From IMG/VR virus record IMGVR_UViG_3300011438_000017, positions 1-40,970 of that record: DNA of 40,970 bases. The stretch is one strand, 5' to 3'. The position numbers and the translations under genes were made by a program. The DNA is from a virus. Lineage: Duplodnaviria > Caudoviricetes. A model generated the notes under the pieces. That model was not told the origin of the DNA. It saw only the letters and a program-made list of their open reading frames with translations, and did no database searches. The stretch's first letter is position 1; each line of letters begins with the position of its first letter. This document shows, one piece after another, positions 17,087-26,720 of this stretch.

Positions 17087-18574
17087 CTACTTCCGCATCA
17101 TCTCCATGAGTTTCGCGAGCATGTCCGCTTGAGGAATGTCCCAGTTGCCGGTGTCATTCCGCCGCACCACGTTCGCCACCACGTCTTCAGTACTCGGTAA
17201 GCCCGCGAAGGAACCACTGGCCGCGAGTTGCTCGATGGGTGAGGACGGAGGGGTGTCAGCCGGTGGGGCCGCGGGGTCCGCTGAGGCCACGGGGTCCGTC
17301 GCCGCGCCTTCCGCTTGTGCCCGTGCCGCGGCCCGCTTCGCCCGCTCTCTCAGGATGGCCTCTTCGTTGAGTTGCTTCGGTGTCTTGGCGGCCGGCGACT
17401 GGGTCACAGGCGCCGCCGTCTCCGGTGCAGGCGTCGGCTTCACGGGGGCCGTCTGCGTCACCGGAGACGCCGCGGGCTTCGCGGGTGAGACAACGGGCTC
17501 CGTGATCGGGATCGAGGCTTTACTCGGATTCCCCCCTGGCGTGATGTCCATGCCGGGGGCGCGAGGGAGCGTCACCTGAGACGGTGTGGGTGTCGCGCCC
17601 GTTTGCTCCAGCAACGCCTCCATCACGGCTTCGTTCATCGTGGGGGCGCGGCCGACGTGTCGCGGCTGTGGCCCGGTCGGCGGCTTCGGAACGACGGGGG
17701 TCGGCGTAGTCGTGGCGGGCTGTTGAACGGCCCGCGGCTGTTGCGCCGCTTCTCGCATCTGCCGCTGTCGGAGCGCCGCTAAGACATCGACCCGATCGAC
17801 CGGCTGCGTAGGGGCGACCGGTGGCGTCGGCGTGGTCGTGGCGGGCTGTTGAACGGCCCGCGGCGATTGCGCCGCCTCCCGGATCTCCCGTTGCCGCAGG
17901 GCGGCCAAGACATCCACGCGATCGACCGGCTGCGTAGGGGCGACTGGGGGCGGGACGACGGGTGCCGTCGTCGTAGAGGGTTGTTGAACCGCCCGCGGTA
18001 ATTGGGCTGCGTCACGCATCTCCCGTTGTCTCAACGCTGCTGAAACATTGGACCGGTCAGCGGGTGGCACCTGAGCAATGGGACGTGGCGTCGGCGGCAT
18101 CTCTGGTGTCGGGGTGAGTTTTTTTCCCGCCCACTGCATCAGATCCCCGATCAAGCCAGTCGGATGCGTGAGGTCGAACTTCCTCGCGTTCTCCCCGGCA
18201 AACGTGAGGGCCTTCCCTGGCACTCCCCGTACACCTTGCGGAATCATCCGCAGCCCGCTCATCGTCGCCGCCCCTACCGCAGGGGCCATCGTCAACGCAT
18301 CCGCGGCGAGTTGCGCTGTGGCGAGGTTGTCGGGCGTGAAGGTGCGATCAGCCCAGTTCGCCGGCTGGCCGGATTCATCGAGGGGATGATCGGTGGTGCT
18401 AATTGGGTTCCCGAACCGATCGCGCGGCCACCAGTCCGGAGCCGAGGGCGGTTGCACGGATGCCCGCCCCGCTCGCCCGATTGCTGCGTGCGCTTCCTCC
18501 CGCGTGGGCGGATGGTCGGCCATCATCTCGTAGACTTGGCCGTCCGGACCTTGCACCTCATACACATCAGGCAT
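17087..18574 (-). CDS. Putative ejection/internal virion protein, Pro-rich with internal repeats
   Basis: N-terminal YEVQGPDGQVYE; three ~42-45-aa repeats. Confidence 0.65.
   Translation of the reverse strand: MPDVYEVQGPDGQVYEMMADHPPTREEAHAAIGRAGRASVQPPSAPDWWPRDRFGNPISTTDHPLDESGQPANWADRTFTPDNLATAQLAADALTMAPAVGAATMSGLRMIPQGVRGVPGKALTFAGENARKFDLTHPTGLIGDLMQWAGKKLTPTPEMPPTPRPIAQVPPADRSNVSAALRQREMRDAAQLPRAVQQPSTTTAPVVPPPVAPTQPVDRVDVLAALRQREIREAAQSPRAVQQPATTTPTPPVAPTQPVDRVDVLAALRQRQMREAAQQPRAVQQPATTTPTPVVPKPPTGPQPRHVGRAPTMNEAVMEALLEQTGATPTPSQVTLPRAPGMDITPGGNPSKASIPITEPVVSPAKPAASPVTQTAPVKPTPAPETAAPVTQSPAAKTPKQLNEEAILRERAKRAAARAQAEGAATDPVASADPAAPPADTPPSSPIEQLAASGSFAGLPSTEDVVANVVRRNDTGNWDIPQADMLAKLMEMMRK
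17700..18070 (-). repeat. Three coding tandem repeats, period ~126-135 nt
   Basis: DRVDVLAALRQR..REAAQ.PRAVQQPATTT unit; GCGGGCTGTTGAACGGCCCGCGGC recurs at 17715 and 17841. Confidence 0.85.
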
Positions 18575-18577
18575 GGG

Positions 18578-19873
18578 TTACTTCTTTCTAATCTTCACGC
18601 CACCACCCACGTCCACCCAACCGGCATCACCGCCACCCGTCGCCGCTGCTGCTGCCCCGCCGCCGGTCGGAAAGGCGCTCCCAAAATCCGTCAGGTACGA
18701 GTCGCCGTCCTGATGCCCTGTGATCTGGTTGATCTGGTCTGTGTACGATTTGCGGATACCGCTGTACTGCCGCTCGGCGGCTTTGAACTTGGCGTTAATC
18801 GTGGTCTTCATGTTCTGGCGCGCTTCCGGCGTCAGGAAGGCGACGTTAGAGAACACACGCGCGGCGTTGAAGCCAAAACTCTGCGCCCAGCTTTGCGCGT
18901 ACTTCTGCACCGTCGCGTATTCCCCTTCGCGGACGACGGAATCCGGGTCCATCGCTTTCGCGTACGCATAGATCAACGCTTGATCGTCCGCAGGGTTCTT
19001 GGTGTTGACGTCCAGCGCATTCGCGAACCCCACCGCTTCAGACATCTTCTGCGTGTTCTTCACGGCCGGGAGCAGTTCAAACGCTTTCGACTTCGCGTCC
19101 ACGCGGCGCATCGTCGCGGCCGGGAGGCCCTCCGGACCCACGACCGGCGCCGCCCGCGGCCGGTCATCCGCCTGCCCCATCTCCTTCTTCACTTTCAGGA
19201 GGCGCTGATACGTCACCATGTCGCCCTTCGCGAGCGCATCCGCGGCTTGCAGATCGAGGGAGCGGGTGTCGCCCTTTGCGAGGGCCGCGTCCAGCTTCTC
19301 CTGCGCCCGCGCCTCCGCAGTGTCCTTCCGCTTCTGCTCGGCCTCCACCTTGAGGTCGGCCGTGCTCGGTGCCCGGTTGAACTTGATCATCGACGGCGCG
19401 GGGCTGTTGGCGATCGTCCCCGGCACTTCGGTTGGTTCCTCGACCGCGGCGAGGGCTTCGGGCACGCCGGCCGCCGCCGACGTCTGCTGGGCCACGCCCA
19501 CGGGACGCATCCGACCGGGGATGATGCCGCCCTTCACGAGCGCCTGCTGCTGCGACAGGTCGAACGGCTGCGAGCCATCCGAGGGCATCTCGTTGAACTG
19601 CCGGTCGAGCCGCTCGGTCTGCTTCCCGCGGAGTTCGTCGCCACGCGCCTGCATCAAGTCGTCGTGGTACGTGGACTGCTCCTTCAACGTGTCGGTGCGG
19701 AGTTGCGCGGCCATGTCCTGCCCCCGCGCCTGGATGTCGAGCCCGCGCCCGCGGAGCGCCTCTTCTGCCAGGGCAGCCCGCTCCTGTTCGCGCAGCTTCT
19801 GCTGGATAAGCGCCCGTTCCAGCACCTTATCGAGGCCTTCTGAGGCGCCCGCCCCGACCGCTAGTAGTCCCAT
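18578..19873 (-). CDS. Putative ejection (DNA transfer) protein
   Basis: AGGAG RBS; coiled-coil; DQALIYAYAKAMDPDSVVREGE motif typical of podovirus internal proteins. Confidence 0.7.
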   Translation of the reverse strand: MGLLAVGAGASEGLDKVLERALIQQKLREQERAALAEEALRGRGLDIQARGQDMAAQLRTDTLKEQSTYHDDLMQARGDELRGKQTERLDRQFNEMPSDGSQPFDLSQQQALVKGGIIPGRMRPVGVAQQTSAAAGVPEALAAVEEPTEVPGTIANSPAPSMIKFNRAPSTADLKVEAEQKRKDTAEARAQEKLDAALAKGDTRSLDLQAADALAKGDMVTYQRLLKVKKEMGQADDRPRAAPVVGPEGLPAATMRRVDAKSKAFELLPAVKNTQKMSEAVGFANALDVNTKNPADDQALIYAYAKAMDPDSVVREGEYATVQKYAQSWAQSFGFNAARVFSNVAFLTPEARQNMKTTINAKFKAAERQYSGIRKSYTDQINQITGHQDGDSYLTDFGSAFPTGGGAAAAATGGGDAGWVDVGGGVKIRKK

Positions 19874-19883
19874 GTGGTCGCTC

Positions 19884-21233
19884 CTATTTTCCGAGGGCGC
19901 CGTAGATCGAGGTGCCCAAGGCCGCCCCGCCGAGTAACTTCTCCCAGGTGGAATCTTCGTTCGCGTCTCCGACCTTCGGGACCGGGGGGATCGCCCGGTC
20001 GTCATTGCCGCCACTCGCCCCGCCATTCATTTGGGCCAGCAACTGATCCTTCATCACCTGTTGCGAGAGCGACTTCGTCTGCGGATCGAGATTCGCCATG
20101 CCGCCGGGGACGCCCCCGCGATAGGTCGGCATCTCGCCGCGGAGACCGGACCCCGGCCCCCCCCACGAGAGACTCTGCGGCTGGTAGTTGTTGATGAGCG
20201 AGGCACCCACGGACTGCTTGAGCCTGGACCCGGGCGCCGTCAGGGCGAAGCGTTTGGCCGCATTCTCCGCGCTGGCTTGCTCACCAAACAGACTCAATGC
20301 GGCGCGGTCGTCCAGTGCCTTCGACGCTTGTTGGCTGGCGGCGGCTTGGCCGAGGATGGTGCCCAGCTTCGCGATGGTGGCGGGGTCTTTGAGGCTACTC
20401 AGGATGCCGCCCGCACTGCCCGCGCCGGCCGTGTTGAGAATCCCCGGCGTCACGTCTGGCGCGAGTGTTCCCATCGTCGGCGCGATCGTGGAGGAGGGCA
20501 GCACCGCCCCAGACCCCGTAATCGTGGCGGCGCCCTCTGGGAGCCCTGTCACGGCGGCGGTCTCTCCGATCCCGACACCGGCCGTGCCGAGAAGACTGGA
20601 GGGGAGCGCGGTCGCCCCGGGCAGTCCCGCCCCGCTCGCGAGTCCCGTGGTGGCCGCGGTCTCACCCAGCCCCACTCCGGTGCCCGCGCCGAGACTACCC
20701 GCTGTGCCCACCCCACCGGCTGTGCCAAGAATGCTCCCAGCGGAGACCGCACCAGGCAGGCCGGCGCCACTCGCGAGCCCCACGGTCGCGCCGGTCTCAC
20801 CAATGCCGACACCGGTTCCCGCGCCCACTCCAGCCGCCCCTGCGCCCCCCGCGAGGATCGGCGCCAGGGCCGCCGCGCCTGCGCCTGCGGCCGTGGCAAT
20901 GAGGGCAATCTTCACCCACGTCGGCATGGAGACATCGACCAACGCGCCATGCCCATCGACTTGCAGCCCCCCCGATTCCCCAGACGCCGCTCGCGAAGCG
21001 GCGTCACTCAGTTGGATGCGCTGGTCGCCCGACAGATGGACATCCGTGGGCGACATGCCCCACTGACGCAAGGCCTGCTGATACCACGGCTGCGCCTGCA
21101 TCCACTGACTCAGGGCGTCCTTGTTCCCCACCGCTTCCTTTGGGGGAGGCGTGCCGCCCTCGATCGGGAGTTGCTGGTGAAGACCATAGCCCTCGTCTCC
21201 CGTCCGCACGAAGGTCGGTACGGCGATCGGCAT
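19884..21233 (-). CDS. Gly/Ala-rich putative pilot/ejection protein
   Basis: Hydrophobic segment followed by a GVG(I/L)GET repeat x3. Confidence 0.7.
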   Translation of the reverse strand: MPIAVPTFVRTGDEGYGLHQQLPIEGGTPPPKEAVGNKDALSQWMQAQPWYQQALRQWGMSPTDVHLSGDQRIQLSDAASRAASGESGGLQVDGHGALVDVSMPTWVKIALIATAAGAGAAALAPILAGGAGAAGVGAGTGVGIGETGATVGLASGAGLPGAVSAGSILGTAGGVGTAGSLGAGTGVGLGETAATTGLASGAGLPGATALPSSLLGTAGVGIGETAAVTGLPEGAATITGSGAVLPSSTIAPTMGTLAPDVTPGILNTAGAGSAGGILSSLKDPATIAKLGTILGQAAASQQASKALDDRAALSLFGEQASAENAAKRFALTAPGSRLKQSVGASLINNYQPQSLSWGGPGSGLRGEMPTYRGGVPGGMANLDPQTKSLSQQVMKDQLLAQMNGGASGGNDDRAIPPVPKVGDANEDSTWEKLLGGAALGTSIYGALGK

Positions 21234-22315
21234 TACGCACCCCCCAAGGATTGGAGAATCGCGAGGTACTGTTGCAGGTTCGCGTTGTTGTTCCCTTGTG
21301 CCATGTTCGCGGTCAGGTTGTCGTAGAACTGCTGACTCTGATTGCCCAGGCTCAAGGCGTCCCGCACATCGCCCCGTCGCGCGTCAATTTCGTGACCGAC
21401 GAGGCCGCCTTGATACGAGCCGACGTCCCGGCCTTGTTGTTCGAGCATCGACCGGATTCCCGAGTCGAACGCGCCCGATCCGGCCCCTCCCGAGTTCAGC
21501 CCTTGCTGGGCCGCGCGTTCCGCCATCGCAGACCGCGCCTGTCGGCCCGAGTGCTCGGCTTGCGCCCGATACGCCGCGGTCGGTTCCGCGATATTGGGGT
21601 CTGACTTACTCACGCCTTTTTCGCCGCGGCGCAGGAGACCGAGGATCGCCTGGAAGAGCGGGCCGCCGCCCGCGTCCGCATCGCTCCCGCCCTGCATGGT
21701 CCGGTTCGTGGTGCCCCCCCCGAACGCGGGGTTCCATCCCTGCGGCGCCTCCACGATCCCCTCGTCGCCGGCCATCCCCGGATGGGCGCCTTCGGTGCCG
21801 ACGTTCATCCGGTGTTCGAGGTAGGGATTCCAGCCCTGTCGCCATTTGTTGTCCGAATAGAGATCAGGTTTCGAGGCGTAGCCGATCTGCTGCTCCAGTG
21901 TGGCCGGGTCGATGGCTTGGCCGCCGTGCGCCTTCGCCCACGAGTCGCTGATGGTTTGACTCAGGTAGTCCCGCGACATGTTCGGGCCGGTCACCTGGCC
22001 GAGGGTCTGGACCGGTGGCAGCGTGCCGCCCGTCGCGCCGCTCATCGTCGGCGTCGGCAGCTTATTCGGCCCCTGCCCCGGATCGGTGATGCCGATCCGG
22101 CCCGACTGCATCGGCGGCAGGCTCGGTGGCGGCGGCAGCTTCAGCCCGCCTCCCTTCCCCGTGTTCCCCGTGACGCCCCCACTGAACCCCGCGTCCATCG
22201 GGTTGCCGTTGTAGCGGTTCCCCGGCATGTCCTCTTGGTTCGAGCCCCACGGCAGACCCGTGTTCGGATCGACGCCTTCCGCGGGATCGTTCACGTTGAG
22301 AAGCTTCTGTGCCAT
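21233..22315 (-). CDS. Putative ejection protein
   Basis: Gly/Gln-rich, with an A.QGLNSGG helical C-terminus; position after the tail genes. Confidence 0.65.
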   Translation of the reverse strand: MAQKLLNVNDPAEGVDPNTGLPWGSNQEDMPGNRYNGNPMDAGFSGGVTGNTGKGGGLKLPPPPSLPPMQSGRIGITDPGQGPNKLPTPTMSGATGGTLPPVQTLGQVTGPNMSRDYLSQTISDSWAKAHGGQAIDPATLEQQIGYASKPDLYSDNKWRQGWNPYLEHRMNVGTEGAHPGMAGDEGIVEAPQGWNPAFGGGTTNRTMQGGSDADAGGGPLFQAILGLLRRGEKGVSKSDPNIAEPTAAYRAQAEHSGRQARSAMAERAAQQGLNSGGAGSGAFDSGIRSMLEQQGRDVGSYQGGLVGHEIDARRGDVRDALSLGNQSQQFYDNLTANMAQGNNNANLQQYLAILQSLGGA

Positions 22316-22327
22316 GCGGTCCTCTTT

Positions 22328-22855
22328 CTACACTTCCAACAACGTGAGACTGATGTCGGTGAGGGTCGCCGTCCCGCCCACCACCGCGGCGAGGCTGACG
22401 TCCACCCAATACGTGGTATTCAGCCGAAACTCCGAGACGAGGGCTTGCAGACTGACCGGCGCCTTCTGCGTGGTGGTCGCCGCGATGTATTGCACGACCC
22501 CGCCGACTGCGGTCCCCGCCAGCGCGGCGCCATTCGCGGGCGCCGATCCGAGGCCATAGCGGAGTTGCACCGTCGCCCCGTTCCCAATCGCCGTCGCGTT
22601 CGCGAGCGTGCCTGACAGCAGCATCAGCACGCGGCCGGTGAGGGTCGGGGTGATCGAGCCGTTCAGGCCCATCATCACGCCCACGAGACTCGTCGTGCCG
22701 GTCGGGTTCGTGGGACTGCTTTGCTGCGAGGGCGTCGATTCGCTCGCGGCCTTCACCACCGCTTGGAGCGCCGCCGACATCTGCTCCAGTTCTTCGCGCG
22801 TCTCCGAGGGCAATCGTTCCGGATGCAAGAGCCCCAGCTTGATCAGCTTGCTCAT
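22328..22855 (-). CDS. Putative tail-associated protein
   Basis: Helical N-terminus, Ser/Thr/Pro linker, beta-rich C-domain. Confidence 0.6.
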   Translation of the reverse strand: MSKLIKLGLLHPERLPSETREELEQMSAALQAVVKAASESTPSQQSSPTNPTGTTSLVGVMMGLNGSITPTLTGRVLMLLSGTLANATAIGNGATVQLRYGLGSAPANGAALAGTAVGGVVQYIAATTTQKAPVSLQALVSEFRLNTTYWVDVSLAAVVGGTATLTDISLTLLEV

Positions 22856-24147
22856 CGCATCCCCCCGTGGGTCAGTTCAATCGAGAACAGATAGAGATCC
22901 CACTGCGAGGTGACCGGCGCAGCGTCCCCGAGTTGAAACTGGATTTCCGTCGCCCCGCCCGTGGCGGCCGACTCAAACTTCCGAATCACGCGCCGTTCGG
23001 CCGCGACCGGCGTCAGATCCACATGACTCTGCTGCGTCTCGCGCTGGAGGTCGCGCAGGAGATCCAGATACAGCGCGATGCTCGTCTGGGGTCGGGCGAT
23101 CAAGAGCGGCTGCGCGGTGTGCGCCACTTCGCCCTGGTGCGCGAGGTCGCCCCCGGGTTGATACGCCTTCGTGCGGACGTAGGCCTGGAAGATTTCCCCG
23201 TCGTCCTGGGAGCCCGGATCGGTGGGACCATCGGGACCGAGATCCCCATCGCGCTGCCCGTCGCCGGTCCCGCCCCCCGCCGCGCCCTGGGCATCCCCCA
23301 CAAACAACCGGGTATCCACCGACACCACCGCGATGTAGGCCGCGATCATCGCGTTGATTTCCGCGGGGGAATCGTAGGGCAGCCGCGCCGCGAGAAACGC
23401 ATAGAGACTCCCCGGTCCCGTGCCGGTGGTGGGGAGTCCCGCGACGGACGAAATCTGCCCGATCATCACCCCGGAGTCATAGAGCCCGTCTCGGACGTCG
23501 GCCACGTTGAGGCTGACCGTGCAGGTCGTGCCGGGGACGACAAAGAGGATCAGGTTGCGGGGCACCACGCCATCCCACCCCACACCGACGCTGGACCCGA
23601 TCGTGCGGCCCCCGTAGAGCCCCATCGCGGAATTGTTCACGTTGATCGGTTGCCCGCCCGGATACACGGCCCGCTCGATGCCGTTCACCTTCACCGAACA
23701 GGTGTCGTTGAACGGCGAGAACTCCCACTCTTCAAATTCTTCCGACCCAAAGAGAAACGGCACGACCACGATCGGGAACATGGGGATAAACGAGAACGAG
23801 ACGCTCGTGCTGTCGCCGGCCGCGCCGGCCGCCCCGAAATCCGTGGTGGTGGCATCGACGATGACCCCGCCGCCTGGATTGAGTTTCGTCGCCATGTCCG
23901 TGGCTTTGCCCGTCGAAATGATGCAGCCCGCGTCCATCGTGCCGAGGGGCATCCCCCAGACGAACCGGAACAACGGCCCCCACATCCCGCCCCCGGAGCG
24001 GGCCGCGGTATCGAAGTTCGAGAAGGTGCCGCCGGCCGAGGGATCCCCGTCAAACGCGCCCCCGCCCGCGAAGCTCACGTTCGCGCCCATACACGCGGAC
24101 CCGAGCACCCCCGGTAAATTGCTTTGCGTGATCGAGATGACAGCCAT
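22852..24147 (-). CDS. Choice-of-anchor-L-like domain fused to a nozzle-type C-terminal domain
   Basis: FLFGSEEF.EW..SPFND....VNG...PG...INVNN...WDG...VADVRDGLYDSGV; last 117 aa paralogous to 26717-27070. Confidence 0.75.
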   Translation of the reverse strand: MAVISITQSNLPGVLGSACMGANVSFAGGGAFDGDPSAGGTFSNFDTAARSGGGMWGPLFRFVWGMPLGTMDAGCIISTGKATDMATKLNPGGGVIVDATTTDFGAAGAAGDSTSVSFSFIPMFPIVVVPFLFGSEEFEEWEFSPFNDTCSVKVNGIERAVYPGGQPINVNNSAMGLYGGRTIGSSVGVGWDGVVPRNLILFVVPGTTCTVSLNVADVRDGLYDSGVMIGQISSVAGLPTTGTGPGSLYAFLAARLPYDSPAEINAMIAAYIAVVSVDTRLFVGDAQGAAGGGTGDGQRDGDLGPDGPTDPGSQDDGEIFQAYVRTKAYQPGGDLAHQGEVAHTAQPLLIARPQTSIALYLDLLRDLQRETQQSHVDLTPVAAERRVIRKFESAATGGATEIQFQLGDAAPVTSQWDLYLFSIELTHGGMR

Positions 24148-24153
24148 GTGGGG

Positions 24154-25722
24154 TTACAGGGGTTGCCGGTAGCCGCCATAGGGTTTCAACCGGCGCGACA
24201 TCGACACCGCGACGGAATCCGAGAACATGCAGGAGCAGACGCACTTGCACGACTTGCCGTCGTGAATCGCCCACCCCCCGCGCAGCCCGAACTGATCCGA
24301 CATCACGCAGTAGCGGGTATCGAGCACGAGGCGCTCGCTCGGACTGTCGAACGCGCCCTTCGCGACATACCACCAGAGCTGATGGAGGTCGGAGTAGTAG
24401 ACGCCGTGGGCGACGATGAACGTCGCATCGAGGTTCACCGCCGTCTGCCCGTTGAAGCCGAACCACCGGTCCTCGACGTCCCGGCCGACGTGCGACAGGC
24501 CGCTGACGCCCACCCAGTGCGGCCCCTTGTGACTGAGGAACGCCACGACCGGGTTGCCGATCGCGTCTTCCGCCATCACGACGCTCTGATGGTTGATCGC
24601 CCCGATGAAGTCCGAGAGTTTGCGTGGAATATACGGCGCGGTCACATCGCCCGTGGGCACGAGCTTCGTGATCGCGCGGTACTTGAACGCGATGATGGCC
24701 CCTTGAAGCGGCATCGAGAGCGCGGTGATGTCGCCGCCGTCCTTCTCGTTCAGATCGAGATAGTTCGTGATCGCGTCGGTGTCGGGGATGCGTTCATCGT
24801 CGCCGTGGTCGGCATCCCCGAGGACCGGCGTAAACCACACGCGCGAGCCGAGGCCGGTCGTGGTCTGCGACCCCGCCAGCAACAGCCGGTTGCCATCCGT
24901 CGCGAGAAACTTCGGCGCGGCGGGGACGTTGAACTGCCCGACGTCTTCGGACGTCTCCAGATCGAAGTACGCGGCTTGGAGCGTGGTGTCCAAATAGACG
25001 GTCGTGGCGATCGGCAACTGCGTCAGCACATAGAAGACGCTGTCATCGATCGAGACTTCAATCTCCCAGTCGGTCTCGCGCTCATTCGGAAAGGTGCCGC
25101 GCGTGATCTGGGCCGCTGCGCCGCCGCCGCTCGGCGTAAACGCCACACTCGCGGTCGGCTCCGACCGGCGCACGACCCGCGTGCCGTCCAACTGCACGAC
25201 GCGCGTCCGGTAATAGCGCAGCACCGCGGGGTACGCCCCGCCCCCTTGATCCGCCACACTCGGCGGGGCCGGCGCCGACAGGCCGACGACGCGCACGGCA
25301 TTGACCGCGGGGTCGAACACCATCAACCGATCCACGGCGGATTTATAGGCCATGAAGAGCTTGCCGTTGAGCGTGGCGAAGGATGTATCTTGCGGCCGGC
25401 TGATTGGGGGATAGTCCACGGCGACATCCGCCCAGGTGGTGCCGGCCTTCAGCCGCTTGATGATGAAATCGCTCCCAATCGCCCAGAGTTCCGACGCCGT
25501 CTCATCACCCGCGGGCACATGGCGGAACATCGCCGCCACGCCCGCGGTAAACGCGGTCCCGCCCGCCAGGTTGAGTTGAATCGCGCCGCCGCGTTTCCGT
25601 CCGAGCGGCCCATCAGACCAATCCACGTTCAGGGCTTCGACGCACTGGTTCTCAGGCAACGAGAGCGGCGAATCCACCCCGTTGCGGCCCCCGCGCAGGT
25701 TGGTGATGACGATGGCCGGCAT
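24154..25722 (-). CDS. Tail nozzle/stabilisation protein (P22 gp10/T7 gp12-like), apparently C-terminally short
   Basis: N-terminal GGRNG.D.P..L..NQ...ALNV....G.L.RKRGG; beta-propeller-like repeats (DGGDITAL...IIAFK); follows the adaptor. Confidence 0.75.
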   Translation of the reverse strand: MPAIVITNLRGGRNGVDSPLSLPENQCVEALNVDWSDGPLGRKRGGAIQLNLAGGTAFTAGVAAMFRHVPAGDETASELWAIGSDFIIKRLKAGTTWADVAVDYPPISRPQDTSFATLNGKLFMAYKSAVDRLMVFDPAVNAVRVVGLSAPAPPSVADQGGGAYPAVLRYYRTRVVQLDGTRVVRRSEPTASVAFTPSGGGAAAQITRGTFPNERETDWEIEVSIDDSVFYVLTQLPIATTVYLDTTLQAAYFDLETSEDVGQFNVPAAPKFLATDGNRLLLAGSQTTTGLGSRVWFTPVLGDADHGDDERIPDTDAITNYLDLNEKDGGDITALSMPLQGAIIAFKYRAITKLVPTGDVTAPYIPRKLSDFIGAINHQSVVMAEDAIGNPVVAFLSHKGPHWVGVSGLSHVGRDVEDRWFGFNGQTAVNLDATFIVAHGVYYSDLHQLWWYVAKGAFDSPSERLVLDTRYCVMSDQFGLRGGWAIHDGKSCKCVCSCMFSDSVAVSMSRRLKPYGGYRQPL

Positions 25723-26720
25723 TAGCTGCCCACGGGGTAATACGGCCCCAACTGACTGAACCGGCGCGGCCCGCGCCCGGAGGCCGCGACCCCGGTGGTC
25801 TGCCGCACAAACGCTTTCAGGTCCGAGATGCCCTGCTTCCAGCGTTCCTTCTCGATGCTGTACTGCACGGGTTTTTCCCGCTTCTGGTATTCCTTCTTCA
25901 TCGCCCCGCAGGACAGCAGCCAGTGGAAGTCTTCCGGTAGATAGGGTTCGTCGCCTTTCTGCGTCATGTCCTCGATGTGCATGATCACGTCGGCGTAGTA
26001 GGTGTTCGCGCCGGTCGGCGTCGGGAAGAGGTGTAGCCGGGTATACCGCGCCACGCCCGTGCCTGGGGTGATGCGCGATAGTTCCGTGCCCACTCCGGAC
26101 GTCTGGGTGAGGGTCACGTTGCCGATCGCCGTGGTCGCCGCGCCATTGGTGGGGAGGGTGAGGTAGAACTTCGTGATGGTCACCCAGTCCGATACGCCAG
26201 ACCCGACCTGCACCGCGGTCGTGCCGTTTAGGGCCACGGAGGTGGAGTAATACCCCCCGCCTGTGCGCGTGCCCTCCACGAACGCCGTCTTCGGGATCGC
26301 GCCATCACTCGCGGAGTCGGACTTCACGAAGAGCGCCGCGGCGGCTGACGGGTCACGCGCGGCCGGCGCGGAGAGATGCCACACCGCATACGACACGGGG
26401 TAGCTCACCGAGGACGTCAGCCCCGGATCGTTGTAGCGGATGTCTTGGAGCGAGAGTTCCTCCAAGATCATGTTGTTCACGCGGTCGCTCACCGCTACCA
26501 CGCGCGTGGCCGACTGCGGCAGCACCATAAACGGGCTGTTCGCGACACTCGCACACGTCAGGACCGCCCGCCGCAGCCGGTCGAGCCCGCGCATACTCAG
26601 GATCTCGCGCTGGGAGGTGTTGATGTAGCGGCGCAGCCGGTCGATCACGTCCTGATCCGGCGTCGGCAGCTTGTAGCCGAGGGAGGCGTAGAGGTCGGCT
26701 TCAATGGTCGAGAGGTTCAT
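25722..26720 (-). CDS. Head-tail adaptor (tubular protein A-like)
   Basis: MNL..I....Y...G......L.RYIN..QREI...LHLFPTP...[12 protein letters not shown]. Confidence 0.75.
   Translation of the reverse strand: MNLSTIEADLYASLGYKLPTPDQDVIDRLRRYINTSQREILSMRGLDRLRRAVLTCASVANSPFMVLPQSATRVVAVSDRVNNMILEELSLQDIRYNDPGLTSSVSYPVSYAVWHLSAPAARDPSAAAALFVKSDSASDGAIPKTAFVEGTRTGGGYYSTSVALNGTTAVQVGSGVSDWVTITKFYLTLPTNGAATTAIGNVTLTQTSGVGTELSRITPGTGVARYTRLHLFPTPTGANTYYADVIMHIEDMTQKGDEPYLPEDFHWLLSCGAMKKEYQKREKPVQYSIEKERWKQGISDLKAFVRQTTGVAASGRGPRRFSQLGPYYPVGS

Noticed and set aside
6850-25722. Genome-wide TAA reassignment, suggested by the in-frame TAAs at 7267 and 24154
   Set aside because: TAA ends many ordinary genes here, including TAATG overlaps at 25722, 21233 and 28256, and no suppressor tRNA is seen.
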